A program made the translations under genes and the position numbers. Below the pieces are notes generated by a model. That model was given only the letters and a program-made list of their open reading frames with translations. It did no database searches and was not told the DNA's origin. Shown piece after piece: positions 27,097 to 38,806 of a stretch of DNA of 64,000 nt (position 1 is its first letter; every line of letters starts with the position of its first letter). This DNA comes from Paecilomyces variotii (lineage: Eukaryota), in the NCBI GenBank assembly GCA_004022145.1, contig RCNU01000003.1, one strand, 5' to 3'.

Positions 27097-27669
27097 TTCT
27101 CAGGAACAGATTAACATACCAAATGAGTGGCTCACGTTACTTAGAGCTGCGATGCATGTGGTTATCTATCACTTTTCTTCCGGATAAATAGAAATATACT
27201 CTAGTCAAGTACTTCGGGAAAATTCGAGATCTGATCCCGGAGAATTTTTTGGACTGTACGAAGCGGGGACTGGGGTCTCCAAACTACAACACGATGAATG
27301 AGGGGCCTCATATCTCACGGAATAATTTGTTCCCGGCCTAAGAAGCGGTATTTTCGAGTTAAGAGGCACCCTTACTATAAGGTGGTGGTCGCTACTTGCT
27401 TGCTATATACCACTACGTATTGTTTGGATCTTTGTCCTTACCGACAATCTCAATGACGGGCTAGCTCGAGTCCCCCGAGACAGTAGTTGCATTTTTGTGA
27501 TGATGGATGCCGATTGCACGAGTACAGAAAGCTGAATAACGTGGTGCCCGTGTATTTCAGATCTCTCTCTATATAAACATTGCCACTAGACTTGGGTCCA
27601 TAGTTGAATATACGAAGTGATATTGGCTTTTTAAATAGGAAGTGAGTACAACTCCTCTCCTGTTTGGCC

Positions 27670-27950
27670 ACTTAAAAAAGGTCGCACCCTTCTGCGTGGC
27701 TTCCTCGCCAGCATCAAAGATCACACCTTGTGGTTTCTCGCTACTGAAGCATCTGGTGTACAGCAAAATACTGGGCTTAAACAGTGCGGGCAAAAGATTA
27801 CAGGTAATCTTTCCGTCTTGCAATAGTGGCTCGAGACGTTGCTAGACGGGTGTAGAAGCCTCTTCAATGTAATCAATCAGCAGTTGGAGGAGTTCGACTT
27901 GTCTGGAGCCGATTGCTGTGAGATTTCGCGGATTGTCTGCAGGAGACCTA
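27670..27950 (-). pseudogene. Fragment of a fungal AAA+ ATPase gene (pre-AAA region, DUF7025-associated family) with an in-frame stop
   Basis: Translates LLQLLIDYIEEASTPV*QRLEPLLQDGKITCNLLPALFKPSILLYTRC..GEE, resembling the LL..GEITFDLLWALFKP..LVYT motif; TAG at 27844-27842; no Walker motifs follow. Confidence 0.55.
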
Positions 27951-28083
27951 GTCACAGATATTGCCAGATTAGCGTTGGTCAATGGATCCGTGAAAGATCA
28001 ATTTGAAGGGATAGAGGGAAAAAAGATCAGAAGGAGAAAATATAGTAATTAGAATCCATGAGACGTCCGGTCTTGTGACAAAA

Positions 28084-29718
28084 CTAGTCTTCAAATGCTT
28101 CCCGGAGCTCGTCATCATACTGTTTCTTGTCACAGATTTTGCTTCGAACAACATAAGCAATATCTTTCTCCCAAAGGAATGGCATGACTAGATTGAATTC
28201 TTCGCCGTATTTGGAGCAAAACAGAGGTCGAATATGCTCGTCAAAAATTCTGAAAAGCCCAGAAGGGCTAGAAAGCGCAAGCGTGTACCAAAAAGTACCT
28301 GTCTCCCAAGTTCGGTTCATTATATCTGAAAGATACAGAGATAGTTCTGCATTATGAGATTCTCTCGATGTAGCGAGTTCGAGTTTATGCTCCTTTTCTT
28401 CCTCGGTGAGTATGTCCATAAACTCTGTCCGGATAGAATCGTATTCTGACGTCTCCAGCTGATCTATACCCTTGTTTGTCAGCCAGTGAGGGGGCATCAG
28501 CATTTCGATTGGTCTGGAGCAAGCCCACTCCAAATCAACGAGACAAGTTATATTCCATTCAGAATCCACGAATATGTTACTCTGGTGAAGGTCCGTCAGG
28601 TGAAATGTGAACGGGCCGCGACGAAAATCTCTCCTGAAAAATGGTGGGAAGACTGTTCGCATTGCACTTAGTGCGGCAAGTTGATAGGCGCAGTCTCCCA
28701 GGTCATTCACGGCGTTGGGTTGATTTCGAAATCGACTGTCATGAATTGATAGCTCGTCCAGAACGTAGGAATCAACAGTCGAATATGTGTAGTTGCGAGG
28801 CATTTCTGTCGGGATGTTCTCATTCTCCAGCTGATGGATCTCAGCCGAAAGTGGTCGATTCGATAGACATAAGAATCCATTGCTATCGATTATGAAAGAA
28901 CCGATTTTGGGCAAGGGAATCCGGGAAATGCTTAAAAGGATTCGAGAAAGGCCACGGAAGAAGTTTGCTCGCAGCTTGGCATTATGATAGCCATCTATCC
29001 ATGTTTCTGAGAGCATTTTCCCTTGGGTCTCCTCAATATACTCCAACAGAAGATAGCCAGTACCTCCTACATCACTTGAAAGCTGATCAGTGTACTGGTG
29101 ACGTACGTAGCTCGAAGGTGTCGGATATCCTAGCCACGACAGAAGCCGGCAACGTAAGATATGAAAATATCGAGCAAATCTTGGTAAGTATTCGAATCGA
29201 GTGAACTGGACGCAGTTAGCACGAGATAACGAGACAACGGGGTGCTTTCGGTTCCCCACAGTTTCGCCAGAAGACAATGCGAAGCCATACAATTTCGCAA
29301 TTGGCACATCTGAACAGTTCTCTTGAAGCCACGCATAGGCCCCTGCCTCGCATCGAATTTTCTCATCGCTATTGCCAGGGTTAAAAGCTTCACCCACGCG
29401 GTATGGAAGAGGAAACCGGACGAGGACACGACTTCCATTCCAATCATCCACTATCACGGGGATACAGACATTAAAGCTGCCATGTCGCCAGTCTTGCATT
29501 TCTCCTACATGACATTTGGCAGATGATTTTAGACCCAGATGGTGAGCAACAATGGTTCTTATCCATTCGCGCCGTTCGCTAAGATGAGTAAAGAAACGGT
29601 TCTGCTGTTCATAGTATGTCAATCGATGAAGAACATTTGATTCTAGTTCCTTGGCAACAGAGTAAGTTATCTCTTGGCCTCTAAGGAGTCGTCGTGTCTT
29701 GGGCATATCGACGGGCAT
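28084..29718 (-). CDS. Aminoglycoside-phosphotransferase/choline-kinase-like protein (probable in-frame intron ~29208-29261)
   Basis: HGSFNVC glycine loop, RFPLPY, EKIRCEAGAY, LTDLHQSNIFVD (Brenner-like), LVDLEWA. Confidence 0.85.
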   Translation of the reverse strand: MPVDMPKTRRLLRGQEITYSVAKELESNVLHRLTYYEQQNRFFTHLSERREWIRTIVAHHLGLKSSAKCHVGEMQDWRHGSFNVCIPVIVDDWNGSRVLVRFPLPYRVGEAFNPGNSDEKIRCEAGAYAWLQENCSDVPIAKLYGFALSSGETVGNRKHPVVSLSRANCVQFTRFEYLPRFARYFHILRCRLLSWLGYPTPSSYVRHQYTDQLSSDVGGTGYLLLEYIEETQGKMLSETWIDGYHNAKLRANFFRGLSRILLSISRIPLPKIGSFIIDSNGFLCLSNRPLSAEIHQLENENIPTEMPRNYTYSTVDSYVLDELSIHDSRFRNQPNAVNDLGDCAYQLAALSAMRTVFPPFFRRDFRRGPFTFHLTDLHQSNIFVDSEWNITCLVDLEWACSRPIEMLMPPHWLTNKGIDQLETSEYDSIRTEFMDILTEEEKEHKLELATSRESHNAELSLYLSDIMNRTWETGTFWYTLALSSPSGLFRIFDEHIRPLFCSKYGEEFNLVMPFLWEKDIAYVVRSKICDKKQYDDELREAFED

Positions 29719-30702
29719 GTGTTCTCATCAGGGGATCTAGCGATCTGTTGCTTTGAGAGTAATTGGGAAAGGGTCACGTGATTCAACCCCTGTCCCTGAC
29801 AGAGCAATCATAAAACGAATTTGGCCAATCAGAAATAGGATAGCTGTGCATAATAATAGGCAGGATTATGGTAGAATTCCGCATCTCGATGTCCATAGCC
29901 ACCTGTCTTCTGCGGGGCGGGCCCCAAGCACCATGGCGATGTGTCAAGAAGACTAGTATTTGGATTAGAGGAAGAGCCTTGATAACGAGCCTTTCTTCTC
30001 CGGTTTCTCCCAAGTCTCTAAATAACCATACCCCGCGTGTACTTACTGGCGCGTCAGTTATAAGCACTATTAACTTATAAGCTGCAGCCAGGGTTACAAT
30101 ACTGTGTCGCAGTGTTCCAAAGGAGTGAGCTGAGAATAGTCTAGCAACCTGCAGGTAAAAAAAGCCCTTCTTTTGAAGCCAGCATTTTCTTATCTCGCCT
30201 CTGTCAGCTTATTAACGGCAGTGCTTCTAACTATCAGTTAGTTAAGTTGGTTTCCATCTGCATCACCGCCTACTAACTAATCCTAGCTAAGTACCTGGTT
30301 ATCTAGGTAGTCAACAAATTATTAACTGCCAACTTGACCTATCTTGAAATCTAACATGCAGTATAAAACTTCAGACGTCGAAGGTATCACAGAAAGAGCT
30401 GGCATTTCTATGTACTAAGTCGAGGGAGGAAAGGTCGGCAGATAGACGCATGGTATAGAGAGACGCAGGGGGGGAGGGGCGCTGGTTGTTGATAGATCGT
30501 TTCGAGACCATATGGGCCCTGGGGGTCATATTAACTGCGTGTTGGAAGACCACCCCTGGTCTGGCAGGTAATCTGATAAGGTCAGGGTGAGAGTACTACT
30601 CTAATCACATATATATAACTATGAAGCTTACGCAGTTGGATATGTGGTCCATTTGGATGCTTAGTTCCCTTCCTCTTTATATTTGCCCTTTCACTACCTA
30701 TC

Positions 30703-32148
30703 ATGTCCACATCTCTAGAGATTGAGCAGAAATATGCTCTGGTGACCCGTCGGCTGGAGGTTCAAACTGAGACGACTGTACAGCAGTTGCATGCTGTCCT
30801 CAGCAGGCGAGAAGTAGTCAAATATCAATGGAGTATATTGAGAGCCCCCAGGCCCGACTTCTCCCTAGGTATCTATGTCACTGACCACTGTGCCACATGA
30901 ATCAGTCACGGCGCCAACAGGAAAGCGTGAGTGTCCGCGGGTGTCGATATGGATTCCAGTCTGAGAGTTGACTTGACGAACGATAGCACACATTGGATAC
31001 TTGATCCCATTGCTCAAGTTTGCTGATTTCATTCGAGCGGGTGGCGAGGTAAATCCCCTCCTCCAACTCAAGGCCGCGAGGAGCTGACCCTTTCCAGGTC
31101 ATCGTGGAACTCACCGACACGTACGCGTTCCTTGTGAACTACAAAATTCCCTGGGAACAAGTCCTTCACCGCACTGCGTACTATCAGGCTTTGATCACGG
31201 CTGCCTTGAAAGTAGTGGGGATTCCCCTGTCGAAGGTTCAAATTGTGCAAGCGTCCACATATCAGGGAACCTATTCATTTTCGGTGGACTTCTGGAAGCT
31301 TTGCGCCTTGTCTTCCCTGCATGATGTTCGGAGAACAGGCGCGGAGGTCGGATCTTCGACCATGCTAAGCCCCCTCCTCACGCCAATCCTTCAAGAATTG
31401 GCCGAGGTGCACTCAGCAGTGGATGTGCAGCTGGGCGGAAAGGACCAGGTAGGTAGCCTGACTTGGAAATTGGACAATGGCTAGCTAACTGATGCCAAAA
31501 CCACAGCGCGGCATCTTTGAGTTCGGCGAGGAGTTTCTTCCTCGGCTTGGGTATCCCAAACGGGCCCATGTCCTGAATGAAATGTTACCTGGTCTGACTG
31601 GGGACAAAATGTCCTCATCCTATGCGGCTCATACGAAAATCATGTTCCTCGATGATGCGAATACGATCCAAGAAAAGATCGCTGGAGCTGCATGCCCCAT
31701 CGGCGTAGTCGAGGGCAACGCTATCCTACCCATTGTGCAACATATTTTGATGCCGCTCAGGGAGCTACATCTGGCGGATTTCCCTCAGGCTCTTTCCGGT
31801 GAATTGGACACGGCTGATGAGGTGAGCGGCCACCGTGAAGGTGGACAGGCCCCCTTCAATGGTCTGGACGTTCAACCCGGAACCCTTTTCAGTGTCTCCG
31901 TTCGACGAGATGGAGACGGTGGCTGTGAGGAGCATCAGCACTACCGGTCGTATGAAGACCTCGAGCAGGACTATAGGGCGCACCGCATTCCTCCTGACTC
32001 ATTGAAGGCCGCCGTGGCATCTGGCCTTATCGAGGTGCTGGAGCCTTTGCGGCAGATCTATGAAAGCAGCCCGGAGTGGCGCGAGTCAGACCTGCGCGGA
32101 TACCCTGAAGATTGGCCTGTTCCAGCAGCCACTGTAGAACAGGCCTGA
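30703..32148 (+). CDS. Tyrosyl-tRNA synthetase-like paralog (class Ic fold), 401 aa; exons 30703-30832, 30906-30926, 30987-31048, 31098-31448, 31507-32148
   Basis: Spliced TAPTGKPHIGY (HIGH), LKFADFIRAG, GGKDQRGIF, LPRLGYPKRAH, PGLTGDKMSSS (KMSKS); exon lengths sum to 1206 nt in frame. Confidence 0.88.
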
Positions 32149-32716
32149 TCAACATGCTGTCTGATATACTGGTGGTAACATGGTGTTCTTTGTGACAGAC
32201 CCGCTACTTTCTCATGGATTTACGTTTCGAAAGGATCCTCTGATACTGGACCATAGCTAGTCGACCAATATAACCCCTAGCCATTTGACGGCTGAGGATA
32301 CATTATCTAGACCCATGAAGAGTGTTCTGGACAGGCCGTTCAAACGCGCAATCTGCGTATACCAGTCGCTAAAATAGCTGCATGACGGAGCTGACGAAGA
32401 CTAGACTGCGCCATACACACCTTTGTTCTATTTTACTCATCCTACTCTATGATTGTATTATATTTTGCTTCTTAGTACTTCTTTAGTCTGTCATTTCAGA
32501 TGAGGGGAAGTATTACTTCGTAGCGTGCAAATGAAAATGCCAGCCAATACGGTCCTAGAGGAGTGTATAGTCTGTGAAACCGCGTACTTATATCTCCATC
32601 AAGCCGGAGGGCCTGTCTCATCCTCCTGCACAGAAATCCTTTCCATTCATCTGTAGGTTTCAAACCTTACTACATAGACGAGATACACACCTCGAACCAG
32701 GTCGTTTGGCCCCAAG

Positions 32717-33690
32717 ATGACTCGAACAGACGACGACCGGTCGACCCCCCCTGTGACCATTGATCTGGAGCGGCTCAATACGAAGGACCACGCTGAAGCG
32801 CAGAGGCTCCTGCAAGCCGCGCAATCTCCAGGATTCTTCTATCTCGATTTTCGCAATCACGCAGCTACGAATAACCTGGCGGCGCAAACTGAGGACATCT
32901 ATCAGCTGGCGCGCCGCTATTTCGCGCAACCGAGGGAAATGAAGGTGAAGGATGTCCGAAAGGATCAGCCGGCCTCCTGTGATCGAGGGTATTGCCCTGC
33001 TATCTTCTGTTTCGCCAACCGGATTTGTAGGATGATAGGTTAACCGACATGAAATCATTAGGTATAAATTCTGCGAGAGCGACGAGTCGTTTGAGGTATA
33101 TTGTTCCTTCCAGATCGGAGCGATGGAGTCCAAGGGCTAACGAGAATGAGAATTAGATATCATACGATGAAATGAAGCAAGGAACTCTCCACCTGCCTGA
33201 GCTGCTGGGGGAAGAGGCATCCCTGCTGAACACATTTCACAATGAATGCCACTCCGCAGCGCATACGCTTTTGTCATGTCTTGCAGACATGCTTACCCTT
33301 CCCCTGGAGGACTACCATCAGGACGGGGAGCCGAGTGAGACTGGATTCAAACTCGTCGCGGAGCCATCACTAGAAAGGGCCAGTGAGGTGCAAGAAAACA
33401 AACACACCGATAGTGGCACCTTGACGATTCTGTTCTATGACAAATGGGGCCTACAGATCTGTCTCCCCACGCCTGAGAACGAATGGGTGTTTATCCCGCC
33501 TCCCCAACCTGGCTGCGCTTTGGTGCACGGGGGCAACTCGCTGCAGCGCCTATCGAACTATCAACTGCAGTCTCCGTTGCATCGTGTTACTCAGCCTCAG
33601 GATGGAGCGGCGGAGAGGTATTTTCTCTCATACTTTTTGCGACCAGCAAAGACAGTAGCGCGCCATGGCGTCGGGGATTTGCCTGATTAG
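32717..33690 (+). CDS. Fe(II)/2-oxoglutarate-dependent oxygenase (IPNS/DIOX family) #1, 3 exons
   Basis: PVTIDLERL, AAQSPGFFYL (DIOX_N); HTDSGTLTIL (HxD), SPLHRV (distal His), RYFLSYFLRP. Confidence 0.88.
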
Positions 33691-34759
33691 ATTATGTAGT
33701 TAGTTAATGATGGCTTTCTGCCAGTCGATCAAAAAGGAGAACTCCTACTTAGTCTAGACTCTACCTGGATCTTTAACAGTTAACTAAAGACAATTGGTGT
33801 ATGGATCTCGGACTCACCTGTGTTGGTCACTGACTCACGGCACAGTCAGCACTGTTCATGGTTGTTGTCAGTCTTGTGTAACGTCCGGAATAATAATCGA
33901 ATGAATTTGACGGATTCATGTGCTCTCAGGGATCTAGCGTACAATGAAAATTCAAAGCTGAAGAAGAAGAATCGACGAGAGATCTCCGACGAGGAAGTAA
34001 GTTATGCTCGGTGATTCTGCAACGCGGAGTAAACTATTCCAATTTTGTAAATTTTCAAGGCAAATAAACACCAATGATAAATAAGCTAGCGATAGAATTT
34101 CTGAGGATGAGGTTGATAAAACTGACGATATCTAAGTATGATCCAGTGAGAATTCCCCGGAGTAATGAAGTAGTTACTGGGACCTTCAGAAACTCGACCA
34201 ATAGTGTCAACAATAGACTTGATGTCTAGCAGTCCTGCTCCAGCACCACTAAGCTTACGATCATTTGCTGATCCCCCTCCTAACTCCAACCCTATCCCTT
34301 GTCGATGTCTATTATTCCGAAGGCGAAGCCTCGTCCGCGGCCATCCACCAGTCGCACAAGTTGATTTGAGCTCTGGCCAATGTTGGCGCTCCATTGGACA
34401 TGTACTACTTAGGCCTGGACACTTACACATACTCTAGGATCTTGGCTAACGTGCAGAAGTTAATCTGACGTGCAGAATTAGTCGCTCTCAACCACGCGTC
34501 CTTTATCAAACCCTATCGAATGCAGGTGCACCGAAGTAGTATTGCCCGTAGTATTCCATATGCATGATTCAAGCGGATGAAACTGTCGTGGTGGCTAACT
34601 AGGTCTGAAGAAAGCTCCTGTATCGATAGTGATATGTACAGTACTTAATTACATGATATATCTATCCTACTAGAAGAAACCACCGTGTTTCGATCACCCC
34701 CTTTGGGTGTTCCAAGTGTCATTAGTATTCCAGAAAGTGCCACAGAGGTTGATGTGAAG

Positions 34760-35958
34760 ATGTCCGACTTCAAGTTCGTGCCCACCATCGATCTCGCGAT
34801 GTTAGACAACCCGAGCTCCAGGACGCAGCTAGTGCAGCAGCTTCGTCAAGCACTGCTAGACGTGGGCATGTTTTATGTGGCCAACCCTCCATTGAGTCCC
34901 ACGGTAGTTGCGGAGGCCAAAACACAATCCGAGGCCTTTTTTGCACTCCCTTTTGCAGAGAAAACGAAGCTGGACATTGCCAATAGCCCTAGCTTTCTAG
35001 GATACGCGATGGTAAGAGCAGCATTGGACTAGATAAGATCATGGATTTATCACTGATGGCCTGGATAACTGAAGCTAGGGGCAGAGCGAACCAACAATCA
35101 GGTCGATTGGCGGGAGCATCTAACGCTCGCATCGCCTGGTCCTGAATCCATCTCCGGGCCTGTCTACCGGCGCCTTCTAGGGTCTGGTCAATGGCCGTCC
35201 GCCTCGTTGCTTCCCCGGTTTACTCCCGTTTTGCAGACACTCTTGGCCGAGTCAACGGCACTGGTAACGACTCTCCGGCGGTTGATTGCTGAGGCAATCG
35301 GGGTGGACAGTGACAAGCTGGAGTCGTTGTTTGATGCTCACCACCAGCAGTACCGAATCCGACTGATCCGCTATCCGGAGGTAGCAGCCTCCGCCGAGGA
35401 AACCCAGTCGCTAGGTGCCCATCAGGATACGTCCTTTAATACCTTAATCTTTCAGATCGGGGCACAGCACTGCCTGCAAGCGCGCAACAACCACGGCGAG
35501 TGGGTGGACTGTCCTCCGATCCCAGACCAGCCCATCTTTGTCGTCGGTCGAGGCTGCCAGGCGGCAACACATGGTCTTTGCCGGGCCCCATTCCACCGAG
35601 TGATTCCTCCTGCCCCTGGCAGCGGGAGTCGCCTCAGTATTGTGGTCACCACAGGCATCGGATATGATACCCCGCTGAAATCGCCGAAGACCAGTGAAGT
35701 GCTGTCCACGATGCGTACCCAGATTGTAGCCAATAACCCTGGGCATGAGGTGAGTCTGAATGAGGGCCTGGAGGAGGATGACGAATTCGAGACCGTGGGC
35801 ATGAAGGTCTTGCATAAGCTGGCTAAGAGTTATCCCGAGGTGACAAGACGTTGGGTAAGTAATTTGGTGGTTTGGGGATCGAAAACCGGATTAGTTTCAC
35901 GCTGACATGTCTCTATATATACCAGTACCCCGAACTGTTGGTTGAACCCTCCCATTGA
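34760..35958 (+). CDS. Fe(II)/2-oxoglutarate-dependent oxygenase (IPNS/DIOX family) #2, 3 exons
   Basis: VPTIDL, DVGMFYVAN, NSPSFLGY, DWRE; GAHQDTS (HxD), APFHRV, SRLS (RxS); ends WYPELLVEPSH*. Confidence 0.88.
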
Positions 35959-36921
35959 TCATTGACCGTGATGTTTTAAAACTCAGAATGCATAAAGATG
36001 TCACATTCGAGTACAGTCTGCACGCTAGACGTGCCACAGAATATCGCCCTAAGTGATAATTAACGCGAGCAAGCTGGAGCACACTTAACTAGTTAAAATT
36101 ATGTAACTTACATAAGAATTGCAGACGAGGTCACCTCCAAGTTAATCTTATGAGCTACTAATTAAGCTTGGGGGGTCTCTATCTACGTGCAATATGTTAT
36201 GTTGGGAGATCTGTTGGAATTATTTAGTGTCCTTCCAATCTAACAGGAGAGTGAGGTTGTCTTCCACAATAATCATCCTGATCCGCGGCTTCCTGTACAT
36301 AGTCAGGTGTCGGAATCTGGGGGCAGGTGGCATAGCGGTATAAGCGTCACGGTGGCAGGCTTTTAGCCCTCTTCCTCCTGCTTCATTCCGTGGTGCCTCT
36401 TGAGATCTAGAGGGAAAGAGGATTGAAGATCACGGGTTTGAATCCCATTAGCTGGCAACAATAACGCTATCTGTAACAAGACTTAGCTAGACTGGGTAGG
36501 GATGTCTAGGCAAGGTTTACTACAGGCGGTGGCTGGGGAATCACCAATCTACCATGCAACGACATGCTTGGAAGATCTATCGTACAACACTAAAGCCTAT
36601 CACGCTTACTTTGCATCACACCGTCCTGTGAAGAGGTAGCTAGATCGGGGCCATTTCATAATACAACCGTTACTACTCCGTTACTTCACGCATAGAGATA
36701 ACCCCAGCGAGCTGTGAGGGGAAGTGCATGCCCTTCTCAGCTTTGTTCAATTGTTGCCTCGCATGGACTAGTTGGATCTTACGAGGCGGGGAGTTGAATA
36801 TCTTCTGCGCTTCAAGGGCAACTCATCCCCATTATTGCTTGGTACCTAAATGGTTATAAAAGTTAGCTGAATCTGTAGCCTGATCCAGCTTTTGCACCCT
36901 GAGCTCCTAGTAGTTTGCGCC

Positions 36922-37955
36922 ATGATGTGGACAATTCAGGATTCACCGCGCCCTCCTCCGCTACTTGTCCTTGGCCTGAGTCGTACAGGCGGCACGTGTG
37001 AGTCTCCATCCTTAAGCCTTTGACAGACCTACTGATAGCATGCGTCGACAATAGCTCTAGCAACCGCGCTGGGTCTGCTCGGCTACCAAAGATTGTACGA
37101 TCTTGATGATGTCGCCCACGGAGGTCCAGAACACGCCGACTTCTGGCTTCAAGCCGTCCAAAAGAAACTATCCGGAAAGGAGGAATTCAGCTATGATTTC
37201 GACCAGCTCTTACATGGATATGATGTAGGTCTCGTGTCCCCTATTCCCTGGATCCCTGATCATTCTTCTCAGCCATGGGTTTGCTCTTATGACGATGGTT
37301 TATTGGGCGATCTAATATACACAGGGCGTCCGGAACATCCCCTTCGCAGCTTTCGCAGCTGAGCTGATTGCCCACTATCCATCCAGCAAGGTGATTCTTC
37401 CCACTCGGGATGTCGACAGCTGGCACATGTGAGTGATGTCTGCACCGCTCGCAAGTTTTAAAGCACCATGGCGCGATATGTCAAGACTTACAGGGAACCA
37501 AATACAGCTCCTGTCTTACAACTGTCTACCAGCGCTCTAGAGACCCGATCTTACAGTTCCTGGCCCTGTTCGATACCAATTCGCGAGTGTATGCCAATCT
37601 CCTTCGGGGCCTCCAGCAGATCCTGTACAAGGGCGACTTTCCGAACTATGGGAAGACGGCGTTTTACGAACACAATGAATATATTCGGCGCAACGTAAAG
37701 CCAGGAAATCTTCTTGAGTACAATGTGGAGCAAGGTTGGGAGCCCTTATGTGACTTCCTTGAAAAGGAAGTACCAATGTGTGCCTTTCCGCGAAACAATG
37801 ATCGGAACATCTTCTGGCAAGGGTGTCGGAAAAGGGATAAACGGGTGGCGAAAAAGGTGCTGATTCGTGCTCTCCCACTCTGTAGTATGCTCCTTATTGG
37901 TCTGGTGAGCTGGCTGTTACTGGGGGCAGGAGATCCAATTGACAGGGTCAAATGA
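36922..37955 (+). CDS. Sulfotransferase-family (Sulfotransfer_4-like) P-loop protein, multi-exon
   Basis: LVLGLSRTGG motif, FDQLLHGYD, ELIAHYPSSKVILPTRDVDSW, NLLEYNVEQGWEPLCDFLEKEVP..FPRNN, C-terminal hydrophobic helix. Confidence 0.8.
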
Positions 37956-38806
37956 ATCTCCCAGATAAGCTGTCGGATCCTGCCTACAGGCAGACCTCCT
38001 GTCGGGTTTCTCCCACGCCTTCTAGCTCCACTCACAGAGACAAATAGGCTGAGATAGTTGCTAGAGAATCCAAGCTCAGCGAGCTTCGCTCCAGATAAGC
38101 TTCTTGGGCAAGAACATCATTTTCCCAAGTATTAGTTATCCAAATAACTTTTTTGAGAAGATTAGCTTGACAAATCGCAAGCTATCATGCTGCGAGAACA
38201 ATGCACATTACATAAAACCAAGATATAGTTATGTTTCTTTGTATAATACATACGCGGCCCTTGGTATGTGGTTCCTGCCAGCTGGCTCTGATATTTAGCC
38301 AGTGTCCTTTGTTATTTTTCTCTTCCCCCGTTCTTCCTTTCTATACATATATGTCCGCTTGATCGAATCAATTGCGTTCGGCCCTTTACACCTTACCTAA
38401 GCTGGAGAAAATCTAGCATAAAGCTAGGAGCGTGAGATATATAATCACGTTCCCCAGTTAGCATGTGACATAATAGCGCTCAGTATAGGAGACTAGCGAT
38501 TAGTCTTAATACCATACTCCTGCTTACCATACTATTTGAATATGATCTATTGTTCAAGTTTGCCAATTTAATATATTGTACATATATTCATACTATCACG
38601 GACCCATATTGTTCCGCCCCCGATCTCCCAAAGTACCTACCCAAAACAAACCCCTCTTTCCCTTCCCTCCTTCTAAATTTAATGTACTCGTAGAGTGGCC
38701 TATCTACTTCGATAAACTACCTTGAGACTGTTATAGAAGACCACTAAGGTATTATTGTGGCCTATCCCCCGTCCGCTTTCTTCCATCCATATCGTCAGCG
38801 GTGGAA

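Noticed and set aside
30703-32148. Housekeeping TyrRS or plain self-resistance copy
   Set aside because: Both tyrosine-binding and anticodon-binding residues are substituted; a resistance copy must still charge Tyr. Disfavoured rather than excluded
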